Assembly (NCBI RefSeq): GCF_006345805.1
Contig: NC_042999.1
Span: 31,310,001 to 31,374,000 of the forward strand
Source of the DNA: Octopus sinensis
Lineage: Eukaryota
DNA: 64,000 bases
Direction of reading: 5' to 3'
This document shows positions 41,256-54,487 of the stretch, in pieces. The translations under genes were made by a program, and so were the position numbers. Under the pieces are notes generated by a model. That model had not been told where the DNA came from. It searched no databases and saw only the letters and a program-made list of their open reading frames with translations. Positions within the stretch are counted from its first letter, which is position 1. Every line of letters begins with the position of its first letter.

Positions 41256-41257
<2 letters not shown>
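40885..41257 (-). mobile_element. SINE family A, near full length
   Basis: Minus strand GGTGCAGGAGTGGCTATGTGGTAAGTAGCTTGCTTACCAACCACATGGTTCGGGGTTCAGTCCCAC...; both modules present. Confidence 0.92.
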
Positions 41258-41304
<47 letters not shown>

Positions 41305-41305
<1 letters not shown>

Positions 41306-41533
41306 CTTATCACCCATAAGGGGCTAAACATAGAGGGGACAAACAAGGACAGAGAAATGGATTAAGTCGATTACATAGACCCCAGTGCGTAACCGGTACT
41401 TAATTTATTGACCCCGAAAGGATGAAAGGCAAAGTCGACCTCAGCGGAATTTTGAACTCAGAGCGGAGCGACAGACGAAATACGGCTACGCATTTCGCCC
41501 GGCGTGCTAACGATTCTGCCGGCTCGCCGCCTT
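41305..41533 (-). mobile_element. SINE family B (Nin/Deu-domain type), full length
   Basis: A box GGCAGAATCG, B box GAGTTCAAAATTCC, CCTTTCATCCTTTCGGGGTCAATAAATTAAGTACC..CTGGGGTC (resembles the conserved Nin/Deu SINE core), unique tail then (AC)n. Confidence 0.9.
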
Positions 41534-41809
41534 CATATATATATAAGTCAGTAAATGGTGGGGTTGTGTTAACTGCACGTAGAGAAATGATAGGAGAGTA
41601 AAAAATAATAAGGCAGGATACTAAATTCAAAGTAAATTTTAATAAAAATGGGTGTATGAAACATTGAAATGTAAAAAAATTTAAAAAATAAGAAAGATTT
41701 TTCTTTTTAAATTTTTCATACATCCATTTTTATTAAATTTAACTTTCAATTTAGCATTCTGCCTTATTAGTTTTCATCTCCTATTATATAAAGTGTAGGC
41801 ATGAGCATC

Positions 41810-41950
41810 TTTTATCACACCCACTCACAAGGGTTTGATTGAGCCAAGGATATCATAGAAGACATTTGGCAAGGATGCCAAGCCGTATGACTGAACACTG
41901 AGCCGCGTGGTTGAGAAACAAGTTCCTTACTACGCTACCAAGACCGCGCA
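41810..41950 (-). mobile_element. SINE family A 5' module, degenerate
   Basis: CCACTCACAAGG..AGAAGACATTTGGCAAGG..GACTGAAC..GTGGTTG..CTTACTAC. Confidence 0.7.
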
Positions 41951-43196
41951 TGCAAAAGAAAGAAAGAATGTGCACATCTAGAAAAATCGATACTTTATAA
42001 AGGAATAAAGATTAATAAAACATACATTACTTTAACTTTCCTCAATTTTCTATATTCTTCTATCATTTATGTACGTGTGTGAGGCAAATAAATTTTAGTT
42101 GGTGGCTCTGTTCACCTAAAACGATCTCATATTTAAACTCCAAACACAGTGATTTTCCATCTAGACATTTTATGCTGAAGTTTGAATTTACTTTCAGAAT
42201 AAACCTGTTTCGAATTTTCTTACAATGTCTATAAAAGTTGTACTAATGAGCTGTGTGAACGAGAGCTTATCTAGTTACCTGTGAACGAATCTTTTCGATA
42301 ACAAGTACGCGTGTAGGTTGTAGATATATCTGTGTGAGTGTGTGTGCGTGTGCATGTAATTGAATGTATATAGATATATGTAACTGTTTATATTACTAAT
42401 CTTTGTGTGCATCGTTGTATTTAAAATTACAATTATTCGGATTTGTCGATAACTTCGTAAAATGCATTCGCCATCTTGTATGACATCGCTTATGTCATAT
42501 GAGTTAGAATTAACTTCACACATCCAAATTTGCTGTTCATTTTCTATTGGTAGCATGTATTACTATAATTATCTGTATTTCATCAGATGTTTTCACATGG
42601 ATACTGTCTACTACCTGTCTGTTTGCTATTCGCTATTTTCAAAATGCTTATAATGAATTATAAACTGTATCTATGTATTCAATCTAGTCAGAAGCAGTAA
42701 GGACGATCTACCAAGTATTTCTTGGCTTCAGATTGTAGGTTTCTTGTGATATTACATATGTCTCCAATCATACATTTTGCATATTTGAGACTGTTTCTGA
42801 TAAGGTATCTGCTATGCACTCAAAATATAATGTTTAAATTGGTGAACTACTAGCAATATAAAAATTCCATCACGATACAATTTGATAAGATTAAATTAAA
42901 ATTTACCAAATTTGCAATAAATATATTTATTAGTTAAATAGATTAATGTGTTCTTGTTGAAATGTTGATATAACTTATTATCTGCATAAATATAATGGGA
43001 AATATGTTTATGCATATTTAATTCGTGCATATTTCAGAAACTTTCGTTCAAATCTGTATTGATTTCTCGAATGAAGAATAAGCATATTGACAAAATATGT
43101 TCAGTAGTGTACTTCAACTCCGGTTTGAAAGAGGAGCAGCTAGTTATACGTGGTTATGATAATAATTGGAATCTTTTAATTGGGTACCTAAAAAAT

Positions 43197-43425
43197 AATT
43201 ATCGGTTCTAATTTTGACATAAGACCAGCAAATTTAGGAAGAGTTAAGAGGTGCGGATAAGTTGATTACATCGACCCAAGAACACAACTGTTATTTATTT
43301 TATCGAACCCGAAATGATAAAAGGCAACGTCAAACTCGATGGAATTTGAACTCAAAACGTTAAAACAGACGAAATACCGCTAAGTATTTTTTCCACCGTG
43401 CTAACAATCCTGCCAGCTCGTCGCA
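43197..43425 (-). mobile_element. SINE family B, degenerate
   Basis: GATTACATCGACCC..TTTTATCGAACCCGAAATGATAAAAGGCAACGTC..GAATTTGAACTCA..GACGAAATACCGC..GTGCTAACAATCCTGCCAGCTCG. Confidence 0.85.
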
Positions 43426-46400
43426 TGTAGGATATTAATAATGATAATATTCCACAGAACAGTGCCTAGTAGAGTATACTTTTGAAGATAGGTGAGTATA
43501 ACCGGTTGTTAATGAACATGTGAATGTAATTCTATATATGATTAAATAATACTCTCTCACCAAACAAGGAATGAGAGACAGTGGTCGCGGCACTTCACAG
43601 TGTCTCAGTGACTAGTGAACAAGTTTCCTTCACACTGAAGATCTGTCTTATAGACTTGCATCAATGTGGAGTACTCCGGTATATACTCCAAAGATGCAAA
43701 GCCTTGGGGGACACAGGGCGAAGCGCTAACTTTATGATCTATGTTGACCTCAAAGGAGAATTTGATCTCAGCACTCTAAGTGCTTGAAAAATATTACTAG
43801 TGTTGCTCTTTCTATTTCACTAGCGGATATTTAAAATTTTTGTTCTATGTTTCTTTCATAATACCGTATTTGTTTTTCCATTTTCTCTAGCGTTGAGTTT
43901 AATAGTATTATTTTTGCCGAGTAGTGTTAGCTAGTTGAAGCATTTAATTTAAGGCGTTTAATCAATAGAATGTTATGGAGGTAGAAGGGGTCTTATCTTT
44001 TTAATTATAACTTGTTGAAGCTGGCTGTTAAACGACATGACAGAGAAAGGGAGAGTAATAAAGGGGAAACAATAAGAAAAGTGAGAGTGAGAGAGAAAAC
44101 GGGAAAGAATAATTTGGCAAGATATTCTTCCAATGCGCCGACATATATAATCGTTAATTTTCTCGATGATTTAAGTAGATAATTAAATAAGTTAGGGCAT
44201 CTGAAACTTCATTCATCAAACACAAATCGTTGTGTAAAATTTCCGTTTACCTACAGACCTAACATTCATATATGAGTAACTCCCCGATAAGGAAACCCAT
44301 TGTCACATCTGTCATTTCCTCTTTTAGCAGAAATCAATATTTGCTACTATTTGTCTCAATGACAACTAATCTCCTATCGGGGTTGCCATAGATGCCTCGC
44401 TATGTGACATCTCTTCGAAATTTTACAATTGCCCTCACCTAATTAAATTATTTTCTTTAAACATTCTAAACTGCAATTTGAGCTCAAACACGTACACCAA
44501 TTACCTACTGATACCTTGTGCTGACACACACACACACACACGTACACACATTACTACATAAAATAAATTCATGTTACCAACTATACACACAACTATATAT
44601 ATTTGCACACATAAACGATTACAAATATATTTAAAAGTGTCTGCTACATCTGCCAGTTAATCGAATACACGTTTCTCTTAATATATATAAATATTTGCGT
44701 GTACAAGTGTATGTGTGACGTGTGTGTAAGTGAGCGAGTGTGGAACTCAGCGTAGCTACAATCCTTTGATGGAGCTAAATAAAAGAATGAAAGGATGTGT
44801 GTGTATCTGATGCGTGTGTGAGAGAGATATGTATTTGTTAGCGTTTGTTTCAATATATGTCTGAAAAGCTTTCTAACCTATTCTGTGTTAAAAATCATTC
44901 ATGCTTTATATAGATTTAGACAGTCGATATTTTTAATGTTACCGATATAATTGTTAAGTACATTTGGGTTTTGGCGTCTTCAGAAGCCATCATCAGAATG
45001 ACAGCTTTTTACTTTGTGGTATTACAATATTAGTTACGAGTGAACGGACAATAGAAAATAGAATCAAATATGCTGTCGTATCGTTGTTGTCAATGAAGGC
45101 ACAAATCGTAATGAGGTTCAGTGAGGAACCATGCTGTTCATCCCGCAGTAGGAGGTGAGGGAATGCGGGAAATTATGAAATTGGACAGACAGCTGAGAAC
45201 GGCATTGTAGCTATGATAAGTTATCGATTAAGATATTTTATACATTTGAATAACTCATTAACCTTACTCGTTGCGTAAAGATAAACTTCCCAAGGCAAAG
45301 CGGCTTGACCTGTATTCGGAATATATTCCACAGGATCTTGAGGGAGATGACAATTTGAACTGGTTCCTAAAGGATTGTAGTATGTATTTATCTCCTAACT
45401 TCAGTCAAGTCCTAAAGGCAAATCGTCAGAGTTGCTGTTGCTTAGAATGAGAAAGAGGCGACAAACGGAGATAGATAGTTACTTAGACAGATAGATACGA
45501 GACAAACAAAGAGAGAGAGTGGGGGGGAGGAGAGGATGAGAGATACAAAAAGACATTTCCCTCTTTAGGGTGTAAGATTAATACATAAATACAGGTTGGA
45601 ATAAAAATGTAATCGTAGAGTATGGTATGAAAGCGAATTAAAGTGTAGTCTTCACTGAAACGAATACGTTTACGCGCTCGCGCGCGCACACACTAACTTG
45701 CAGTGATTCGTATATAAGCAATGAATACTAGACGTAACTATGTAAGGAAAAAAAAACCCACTGTCTAAAACTGCGTATGTGTGCATTTAACATTAGATAA
45801 ATTATGCACCTGTTTTGAATGTACGAGAGGTTGTGTACTGTAAAGCTTGAGTAAATATCATTTTCCTATTCAAGTTGAACACAATATATTATCTATAGAA
45901 ATGTCAGTCATTAATTATGGTTATGTTCCCGCGACAACCTTTTTTGTTGTGGTGACCAGAAGAAACCAAGTAAATTTCTAAGAAATCGAATGAATAAATA
46001 CTGCTTCAGACGAACTTCTACATCGCTTGGCATTGGTAAAACGAACGAATGCTAATGTTGTCTTAACGATTCTTTGCAGCGTTAACTCTTTGGCAATTTT
46101 CCAATGAGCAAAGATTTTCTAACTGTGCCAAGCAGCTTTGCAAAGAACAGAAATTTCATCGAACATGTCTTGTGAACATGAAATATCTGTGTTCTGTTTT
46201 GCGTAAGAGAAAGATAATTGCTAATTTGCATGTTAACGGGAAATACAATCAACGAAAACAAACTGACAGATATAACGACGAACTGAAACACAGGAAGAAA
46301 AAAAAAACAAGAAATGAATAATGGGAACACGGAAAGTATTAAGTTTGGAAAACAGCAACAATAATAAAGGAGATAGAACAAAATATAAATAAGTTTATGA

Positions 46401-47388
46401 AGAGAGAGTAAAGAAAAACTATGAATAAAGTAGTACATAGAGATATAAGAGAAATAATGCCAAAATGTTTTATAGGAAAGAAAAGTGATTTAGAAGCAAA
46501 AAGTAAATGTGTTAACGAATGATAAAATAAACAACGAAAATGAAACCAAGGCTCTGATATCAAATATAATAACATGTGACTCAGTTAAACTGGCAGATCG
46601 TCCGTTTCACTAATATGTGTGCGTTTGTGTCAAAGTAGCGAGTGTAGTAAAACATATACTCTATAATTTAGGCTCTGCGCCACATCGATGAACATTAATA
46701 TCTATCGAAATGTAACTACGTATATATACTTCTGTGAGTGCACTTGTCTACTTATGTGTATCTGCGTGAAAAAACATTTCATTGCATTTTACTGAACTTC
46801 TGTGCATAGACATTACTTTTAGGCATGGCTGGTTCAAGTGCAATTCAGCAAGAGATTTTTTTTCATAGATTATTCTGATGAGCACGTTTCACACACCCTT
46901 CATGGCATATGATTTATTTCGAACTGTCCTGACATAATTACAGATATTTACTGAAGCAAGCCAAACCTAACTCATTGAACTTTGGTTTACCTATATCATA
47001 CAGTATAATTGTCGTATTTGTTATTGTTTTTGAAGCACGCCAGGATCAAAATGGCTAAAAACATGACGTTCGCTGTGACGTTTTCCTTTTAAAATGAAGT
47101 TTAAAATTTTAGACTTTGCGTTATCTACTATTTCTTTCTATGCATAATAGAAAATTTAAGTGTTTTTTAGATGTTGCACATATGGATAGATCTGGACTAA
47201 TACAAAAATGAAATAATTATTATATATGGACGAAAGAAATTTCAGAATTCTTCGTATTTCATAGCATTGTTCCTGTATGACCATTCGTCATATGTCAAAC
47301 TACGTCTGTTAAGTCATCTTCTAACCATCTGTCTATTTATCTATAAGAACACAAACTCGCATGCATGCACATGCACGTCTTCTTCCCA

Positions 47389-47435
<47 letters not shown>

Positions 47436-48249
47436 TTTCTCGTAGATGTACTTATCCGACAAAGTGATCTGATCAGAGTTTGTATGTTGTAACAAAAGAG
47501 AATTACAGCCTAGAAGACATGCATGTTCGTCATTCAAAGCGGAGAAAAAAAACGTAACTTCATATATTCATTCATTATTCAAATCTTTCGTCGCACCAGC
47601 TGGTCACTAATCCGGCAAGACCACGTAGGGATGCCCTTGTTCCATTTTTCTATTATGTCACTCACTTTTGGTATATCTCCTGATCACTCACCTTACCCGT
47701 GGGTATTGACCTGTAACAGTTTGAATGGAATTTAACGGCATCAGTTTCACCACCTGCGGTGAATCTTCAGTGATTATTGGCTCAGCTTCCTCCTTCTCAC
47801 TCAGCAAGTGGAGAAAACCACACAAAAAAGCAAATGAACACGAAACGAGTTATAGAATACAATAATGGACCATTCAAACCAAATGATAATAAACACTACT
47901 GAACCAATGAAATTACAAGTGAATATTTATAAAATGTTTAGATTTAATATATCATAGTTGATGTTACCTAGTTTTTCACTAAGAATTTGCTTCTGCCTTG
48001 TCAGATATAACGTATGTAATAGTATTGTTGAGCACGAGCTCAACACGATTTCGGACACTCGTGAAAAAATGTATCCAAAGCATCAAACATACTTTCTTTA
48101 AATATCTATCAACTGAGTTATGAGTACCTTTACTGCTATTTCTTACAGATCGACTAATCACGTAAATTGTCGATGAATAAATGATAAAATAGTAGCATTG
48201 TTTATCTAGAGAAAATCAATACAGTAAACTCCAACAAAATATCACATAC

Positions 48250-50364
48250 ATGTCTTTCTGAGGATTTCCCTAATGGAGTAAACCACTTTTCAGTAATGAG
48301 TGTAAAATTACGAGCCATAACGTCATATGGATGTTTTATAATTCGATGCACATTTCAGCTTTGACCAAGAAATCATGAAAGAAAAATATGCGTAGCGTGC
48401 TTCTTTTGTCATTTTATATGCGAATATGACTGAATGGTAATTAAGTTAATTTGAATAATATGGAAACAGCTTAATTAGAAATCCATCTGGAACAATAATG
48501 TTCCCTAATATTCAATATGCTCTTTCTCATATTTATTTATCAATGAACTCTTTCTGTACTTTCTACAAAGCTTCTATAATTAATTTCCAGTTCTTCCAAG
48601 CCAAATGTTCATGAATATACCATACGACTGGAAATTACATTAATGCAAATTCCTCCAAATCTAATTAAGATAAATGGCTATTATATACTTGGGTTATAAG
48701 AGTTGTTTTTGTTTTACATATAAAATATTGGCTGCTGGGCAGAGTATATTATAGCAATGAAACGGTGAAAGATTCTGACGTGATAATGTTTCAATTATAT
48801 ATGATGCCAAATTATTCGGTGGCTAATTTACAAATATTATCGTGAAAAACAAAACGAAAATAAGGAGTATGTGTCATTTATCTGCGTTAATGATTAGCGA
48901 AATTGTTAAATTGTTAAGCTTTAAATATATTGAAGAAAGTAGGTCACTAGCATGATAAAGTGTATATCAGCACCAGAAAGGAAGAATCGATGATATTGAA
49001 ATGTGTGTGTGTTTTGATCACCACATGACAACTGGAGCTGAAGTACCTACGTCCCTGTAGTTACCGGTTCGGCCAAAGATAGAATGTCCCAGAATTAAAG
49101 AGAAAATGAGTACTGGTGTTGATTATTGCGACTAATATTCTATAAGGTGGTATCCCAACGAGGGATTCTAATGACTGAAACAGATGAAAGATAAACTACA
49201 TAGGTACACTAGTAATGCACCCCCGATGTTTCCTAGCAGTTATGACCTACAGCCACATTGTATTATTTGTTCCTTTCTCGTAGGCAGAATCGGCAAACGA
49301 GGAGTATCAAGCAAACAACTCTTCTTTGAAAACGTTTTTCGGTCATTTTCTTATGAACAATGCCGAAATTTTTTATCTCAAAACATGTACAATGGCATTT
49401 TAGATTAGAAAGAAATTCTGACATTGCTCGTAAAATGACCTCAAAATTGTGAAACCCTGCGTTGTTTTGGTGTTGATTGTTGTAATAAAATAAATTTGCT
49501 GTGTAAAAATCTTATTTCATGCAGGTAACCGAAAGATTGATCAATCTCTTGATATCTTTCTTATATATCAACATTCGCAGCTCAATTTCATAGCTACAAA
49601 TTGGGTCACGTAGAAGCTGAAATAGTTCTTACCCGTCCCATAATATGTGAACAACTCATATACATTAGCTTCCCCAAACGAAAGGCCAGGTTCAAAAGTA
49701 TTATGGTTTTCTGCAAGCATATTTGGTATCGGTTTATATGAATGTTGAGCCATTTAAATAGGGACTTTGGGGGTTGGATCAATACGTACGTATAGAGGTA
49801 TATGAGTAAACAGGGTTACTGATGTGGGAAGTTTGGCATAAATGTATAGGGGCGCTATGCTTCTTAGAAATAAGTGTGTTATGCTGGTATGCCGAGGTGG
49901 CGCAGTAGCAATGGAGCGATGTATGACTTAATAGCTGATGGACGATGAAAGCTTAATAAATAATTTAAAGTATATTTAGTTGCACGAGAAAAGGAATTTG
50001 CTTAGAGATGTAAAGAAATTTATGCCGAATTAGGACGTTGATGTAACCGCATAGCAGAAGGTCAGCTACATGTAAAGATAGCTGCTTCATTGTGAAAAGG
50101 GCCATCTCTTAAATGTTTTGGAAGACCGCACGCTTCAGTATATGTTCAACAACGGGAAACTCCTGAAATCTAGACCTGGACACATGACTAATAACGCAGC
50201 TAGTTTGTAGCATATTGTTGAATATCTGATACTTCTATTAATAATATAACTATCTACTGAGCTGCAAGACTATTCTACAGGCAAGTTCTTTAGATGTAAG
50301 CTATGAGCATTTGCATCGTGGATGGGAAATTAAGAAGCATTAATAGAAACATAAATTGTGACAT
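48250..50364 (-). pseudogene. Possible decayed intronless leucine-rich-repeat GPCR (type-C LGR / GRL101-like)
   Basis: Ordered minus-strand remnants: hydrophobic start MSQFMFLLMLLNFP (ATG 50364), RCKCS..ELAC, LRR-like segments (VEHILKRAVFQNI, FEPGLSFGEANVYEL, NAIVHV, PKNVFK), hinge SC/SDLLSSIYLK at about 48955-48915 (cf. SSCEDL), then hydrophobic blocks, LCPAANIL, ILIRF, NIWLG; many stops and frameshifts and gaps needed, so tentative. Confidence 0.3.
49005..49195 (+). mobile_element. SINE family A 3' module, degenerate
   Basis: TACGTCCCTGTAGTTACCGGTTCGGCCAAAGATAGAA..AATGAGTACTGGTGTTGATT..GACTAA..AAGGTGGT..AATGACTGAAACAGATGAAAGATAAA. Confidence 0.7.
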
Positions 50365-51229
50365 CTATATTATCAAAATTTAAAGATGCCTGCCCGAAAA
50401 TCCAATAATTAGAAAGAGAAATTTTAGTTATGGAACCAGCATGTAAATACATGTCTGTATGTCTTCTCTCTCTCTCTCTCTCTTTCTCTCTCTATCTATC
50501 TCTCTATCTTTCTATCTATCTATATATCTATCTTAGATTCATTTATTGTATATGTAAAAACTAAAAGAAAATAAACGATCAATGCGGATTTTTGTGGGAA
50601 TAGTTTAGTGTTATATGCGATTACTATGTGAAACATAAACAGGGTTTATTACAAATGTAGTCTATGCAGTCAAAGCAAAATACAAAGAGAATCTTTGACG
50701 TTCGCTTACTCACTAATTAAGATTCATGTTGTAAAGATAAGAAAACTCATATAATCAACATATAATATATGACTCAAGTGAATTTAGTACAGCTTCTGTT
50801 GCTTCTTTTTAATGATTTTATCTTAATGTTTGTGCTTGTCGCTAGTTTTAATAAAGTGAATTCGATAAATATGTGTACCATTTATTAACATTCATAGTGC
50901 ACGGAAAAGGTGACGGGGCCAAAGGAGTTTTTCATCAAAAGAAGCCATCTTAACATATTGTTATTATTAATGTAAGAAGCTTAAACAATGGCAATTTCGA
51001 TGATAGTCATCTTGCAACTTGAACATCAAACAGATGTGAGAGATATTTTATGATTTTCTCTCGTCTAGTTAGTAACTTTATTTGTTCTTAACACGAACTA
51101 AATTGAAAATCAGTTCCAACGATATCCATTATTGCCAGAATTTAAGGTTTGTTGTCTTGTATTCTTATGTGTAGTTGTATAGTTTAAATCAATATAAAGT
51201 GGCTATTGTTTGTAATCCACTGGGTGTCA

Positions 51230-51440
51230 TATTATTAGTTTCAAAATTTGGCACAAAGCCAGCAATTTAACACGAGGAAGTAAGTCGATTACATCGACCC
51301 CTGTGCTCGACTGGTAATTATTTTATCGATTCTGAAAGGCTGAAAGACACAGTAGACCTCGGCGGATTTTAACTCAAAATGTAAAGCCGGACAAAATGAC
51401 GTTACGCATTTTTTTCGGCGTGCTAATGATTTTGTTACAT
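51230..51440 (-). mobile_element. SINE family B
   Basis: TAAGTCGATTACATCGACCCCTGTGCTCGACTGGTAATTATTTTATCGATTCTGAAAGGCTGAAAGACACAGTAGACCTCGGCGGATTT. Confidence 0.88.
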
Positions 51441-51556
51441 CACGGCCTTTGAGAGTCTTGATATTACAAAAACATGTTCTGTGGTAAATTTTATGTGGAG
51501 GCACATTTATTGCACACAGAATTATGCCTTATATTGACAAACACTATCTGCATATC

Positions 51557-51557
51557 T

Positions 51558-51640
<83 letters not shown>
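51557..51640. repeat. (TATC)n microsatellite
   Basis: Direct reading. Confidence 0.97.
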
Positions 51641-51641
<1 letters not shown>

Positions 51642-51747
51642 GCTATGCTATTGTTAAGTAATTTCACCAGATAACACCAGATATTTTCAGAGGGGAGTGT
51701 ATGGATTTCGTGAATTTCTCTCTCTCTCACTCTCTTTCGTTCTTTCT

Positions 51748-51778
<31 letters not shown>

Positions 51779-51790
51779 ATATATAGATGG

Positions 51791-51847
<57 letters not shown>

Positions 51848-51934
51848 CATGTATATATATATTTATACATATATATATGTATGTATACATATATATAGAA
51901 AGAGAGAAAAAGAGAGAGAGAGATGTAGGTAGAC

Positions 51935-52004
<70 letters not shown>

Positions 52005-52611
52005 AGTTTAGGTTTTCTTACATTTTACTATTCCTAGAAAAATGATATCTAACAAGTAAACTGTAAAAAAAATGTCTGTCTGTCTTTTCACTATTTTGTA
52101 TATTATCTAAGTATGTATTCACGATAAAGGAATCAAGTTTGAGATTACAATAGCATTGTGTTTCGTTTGAAAACTTAATGAGGTTTCCTTAAGAGATGTA
52201 TAATAAATCAGCTTATTCACATTATATTACTCATACTTCCTTTCACAATTGAAAAAGAAATTTATCACGTGAGTTTCAATCATCAAACCATGATAGATCT
52301 TATGATATTCATGAATAATGCTGTCTCTATTTTTGCGAGACAAGGGTATTATTTCAAATCAAATCAAAATGTTATACATATTTCGAATTTTAACGGTTGT
52401 GAAGCTGGATGCGTTCTACAATGTGATTTGGTTAAGCCACATAGACAGGACATAGATATATGGCGAAATGAAAACAGTGGTTGATGTTCGGTTCATCAAG
52501 TTCAAACAGGATCAAAATGTCTATATAGTGTCCTTGCATACAGTCATAAACAAAACAATACTCAATCCTCCTGCCTCTCATTCTCCTCCTTCTCTCCGTA
52601 TTTATATATTT

Positions 52612-52654
<43 letters not shown>

Positions 52655-52695
52655 ATATATATATATATATAATTATATATACATATATATCTATA

Positions 52696-53081
52696 CTAGC
52701 AGTACCGCCCGGCGTTGTTCGGGTTTGTAAGGGAAATAACTATATAAGCATTTTTAGAGATGTAAAGTATAATAGCCATCTCACAATGGCTAACCACAAA
52801 GAGGGGGGATGTTACTGTAGCTTTTTACGTTCTGAGATTTGATAATATTTTTTTAGAGAGTTACTTCCCTTATATATGCCAAAAATTCATTAAAAATGGG
52901 AAAAATTGATGGTAATTTTTTTTTTAAATCGTAGACTCATCGTAGACGCGCGCTAATACCCAGAAGGGCTTCATATGAATCACGACTATAAGATACCCGG
53001 TTTTGGTTAAACTGCACCGCAAAATGTGGGAGCAGTTAGGAATCTAAATCGTAGGAGACAGACAGCACACAACCTCACTTT

Positions 53082-53093
<12 letters not shown>
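52696..53093 (-). mobile_element. Non-autonomous Helitron (about 400 bp)
   Basis: Minus strand ends ...CCCGAACAACGCCGGG (hairpin, 52708-52723) CGGTACTG-CTAG followed by T; 5' end T(T)TATATATAAAAGTG next to a TA array; internal GACAGACAG; no TSD. Confidence 0.7.
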
Positions 53094-53132
<39 letters not shown>

Positions 53133-53134
<2 letters not shown>

Positions 53135-53296
53135 GGTGTGGCTGTGTGGTAAGTAGCTTGCTTACCAATCACATGGTTCCGGGCTCAGTCCCACTGCGTG
53201 GCACCTTGGGTGTCTTCTACTATAGCCTCGGGCCTACCAAAGCCTTGTGAGTGGATTTGGTAGACGAAAACTGAAAAGAAGCCTGTCGTATATATG

Positions 53297-53327
<31 letters not shown>

Positions 53328-53528
53328 ATAAGTTTGTGTGTTTGTGTGTGTCCCCCCCCCAACATCGCTTGACAACCGATGCTGGTGTTTTTATGTACCC
53401 GTAACTTAGCGGTTCCGCAAAAGAGAGCGATAGAGTAAGTACTAGGCTTACAAAGAATAAGGCCTAGGGTCGATTTGCTCGACTAAAGGCGGTGCTCCAG
53501 CATGGCCACAGTCAAATGACTGAAACAT
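53133..53528 (+). mobile_element. SINE family A, full length
   Basis: GGTGTGGCTGTGTGGTAAGTAGCTTGCTTACC..GGGCTCAGTCCCACTGCGTGGCACCTTGGG..(TA)n(TG)n..CGCTTGACAACCGATGCTGGTG..GGCGGTGCTCCAGCATGGCCACAGTCAAATGACTGAAACA. Confidence 0.93.
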
Positions 53529-53899
53529 GTTAGAGAGTGATATATATATAACGTATGTGGTGCTTATTGACGCAGAAGCTTTTCATCCAATCTCACTTCG
53601 AATATCAAAAAAACTACCACGAGGCACACATGAAATTCTGATGTATATGATTCGTACCGTTTATGAACGGCGCTGTGATGATTGCCTTTGTTTAACCATG
53701 AAACATTTATAATTGATTGGAAAGTGGTTTATGATATTTCAAATCAATCGAACATGATAAATTATATTTTTGACACGAGAAAAATATTCAAGTTTTACAA
53801 AGAATTAGATACAAAAAAACATGAAAAACAGTAAAACGAATGGCAATGCATTGTTACATAGTAGTATGCACACAAAATCTATATGCACTACACCCACGC

Positions 53900-53937
<38 letters not shown>

Positions 53938-53938
<1 letters not shown>

Positions 53939-53939
53939 T

Positions 53940-54018
<79 letters not shown>
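53938..54018. repeat. (GATA)n microsatellite
   Basis: Direct reading. Confidence 0.97.
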
Positions 54019-54487
54019 TAATATAATTAAGATTCATTTGAAATAGGTACTTAAATTGAGGCACCAAGCCAGTTCGGTATAGTGTGTGCAGGGCGAATTT
54101 AGGTGAACAAAAACCAAATGAGTGAAAACGATGTCAAATTCTTAGTGCATTACTGCCGTTTCAAGCGGCTCCATTTAATCGATCAATGAAAACATTACGT
54201 AAATTTGAATGAAACCGGTCTCCTCAAATAAATTCTGCCACAAATATACTATAACGAAGCAATGTAATTATTTTGGTTTCTAGTACTGATATTAATTTTT
54301 CTAAATATGTTTTATCATTCTGTTGGAAATATATATGGGTATCTGCACTAAGGAGAGTGTTTTCTTTCAAATTGATGTAATGTTTTCATTGATCGAAGTA
54401 ATGGAGTCACTTGAAACGACAGTAATGCACTGATACCTCGTGGACATCCATGTTGCTTATATACACGTGTGTGTGTGTGTGTGTCTC

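Noticed and set aside
44982-45154. Open exon-like segment with GAG|GTGAGG donor, and nearby DLEGDDNLNWFLKDC segment at about 45334-45380
   Set aside because: Phases are incompatible between the two, no homology, and both strands are similarly open
49285-49405. Plus-strand acceptor plus AESANEEYQANNSSLKTFFGHF or GRIGKRGV (neuropeptide-like GKR)
   Set aside because: Antisense to the putative GPCR remnant; a single dibasic site is not evidence of a precursor; no donor or signal peptide
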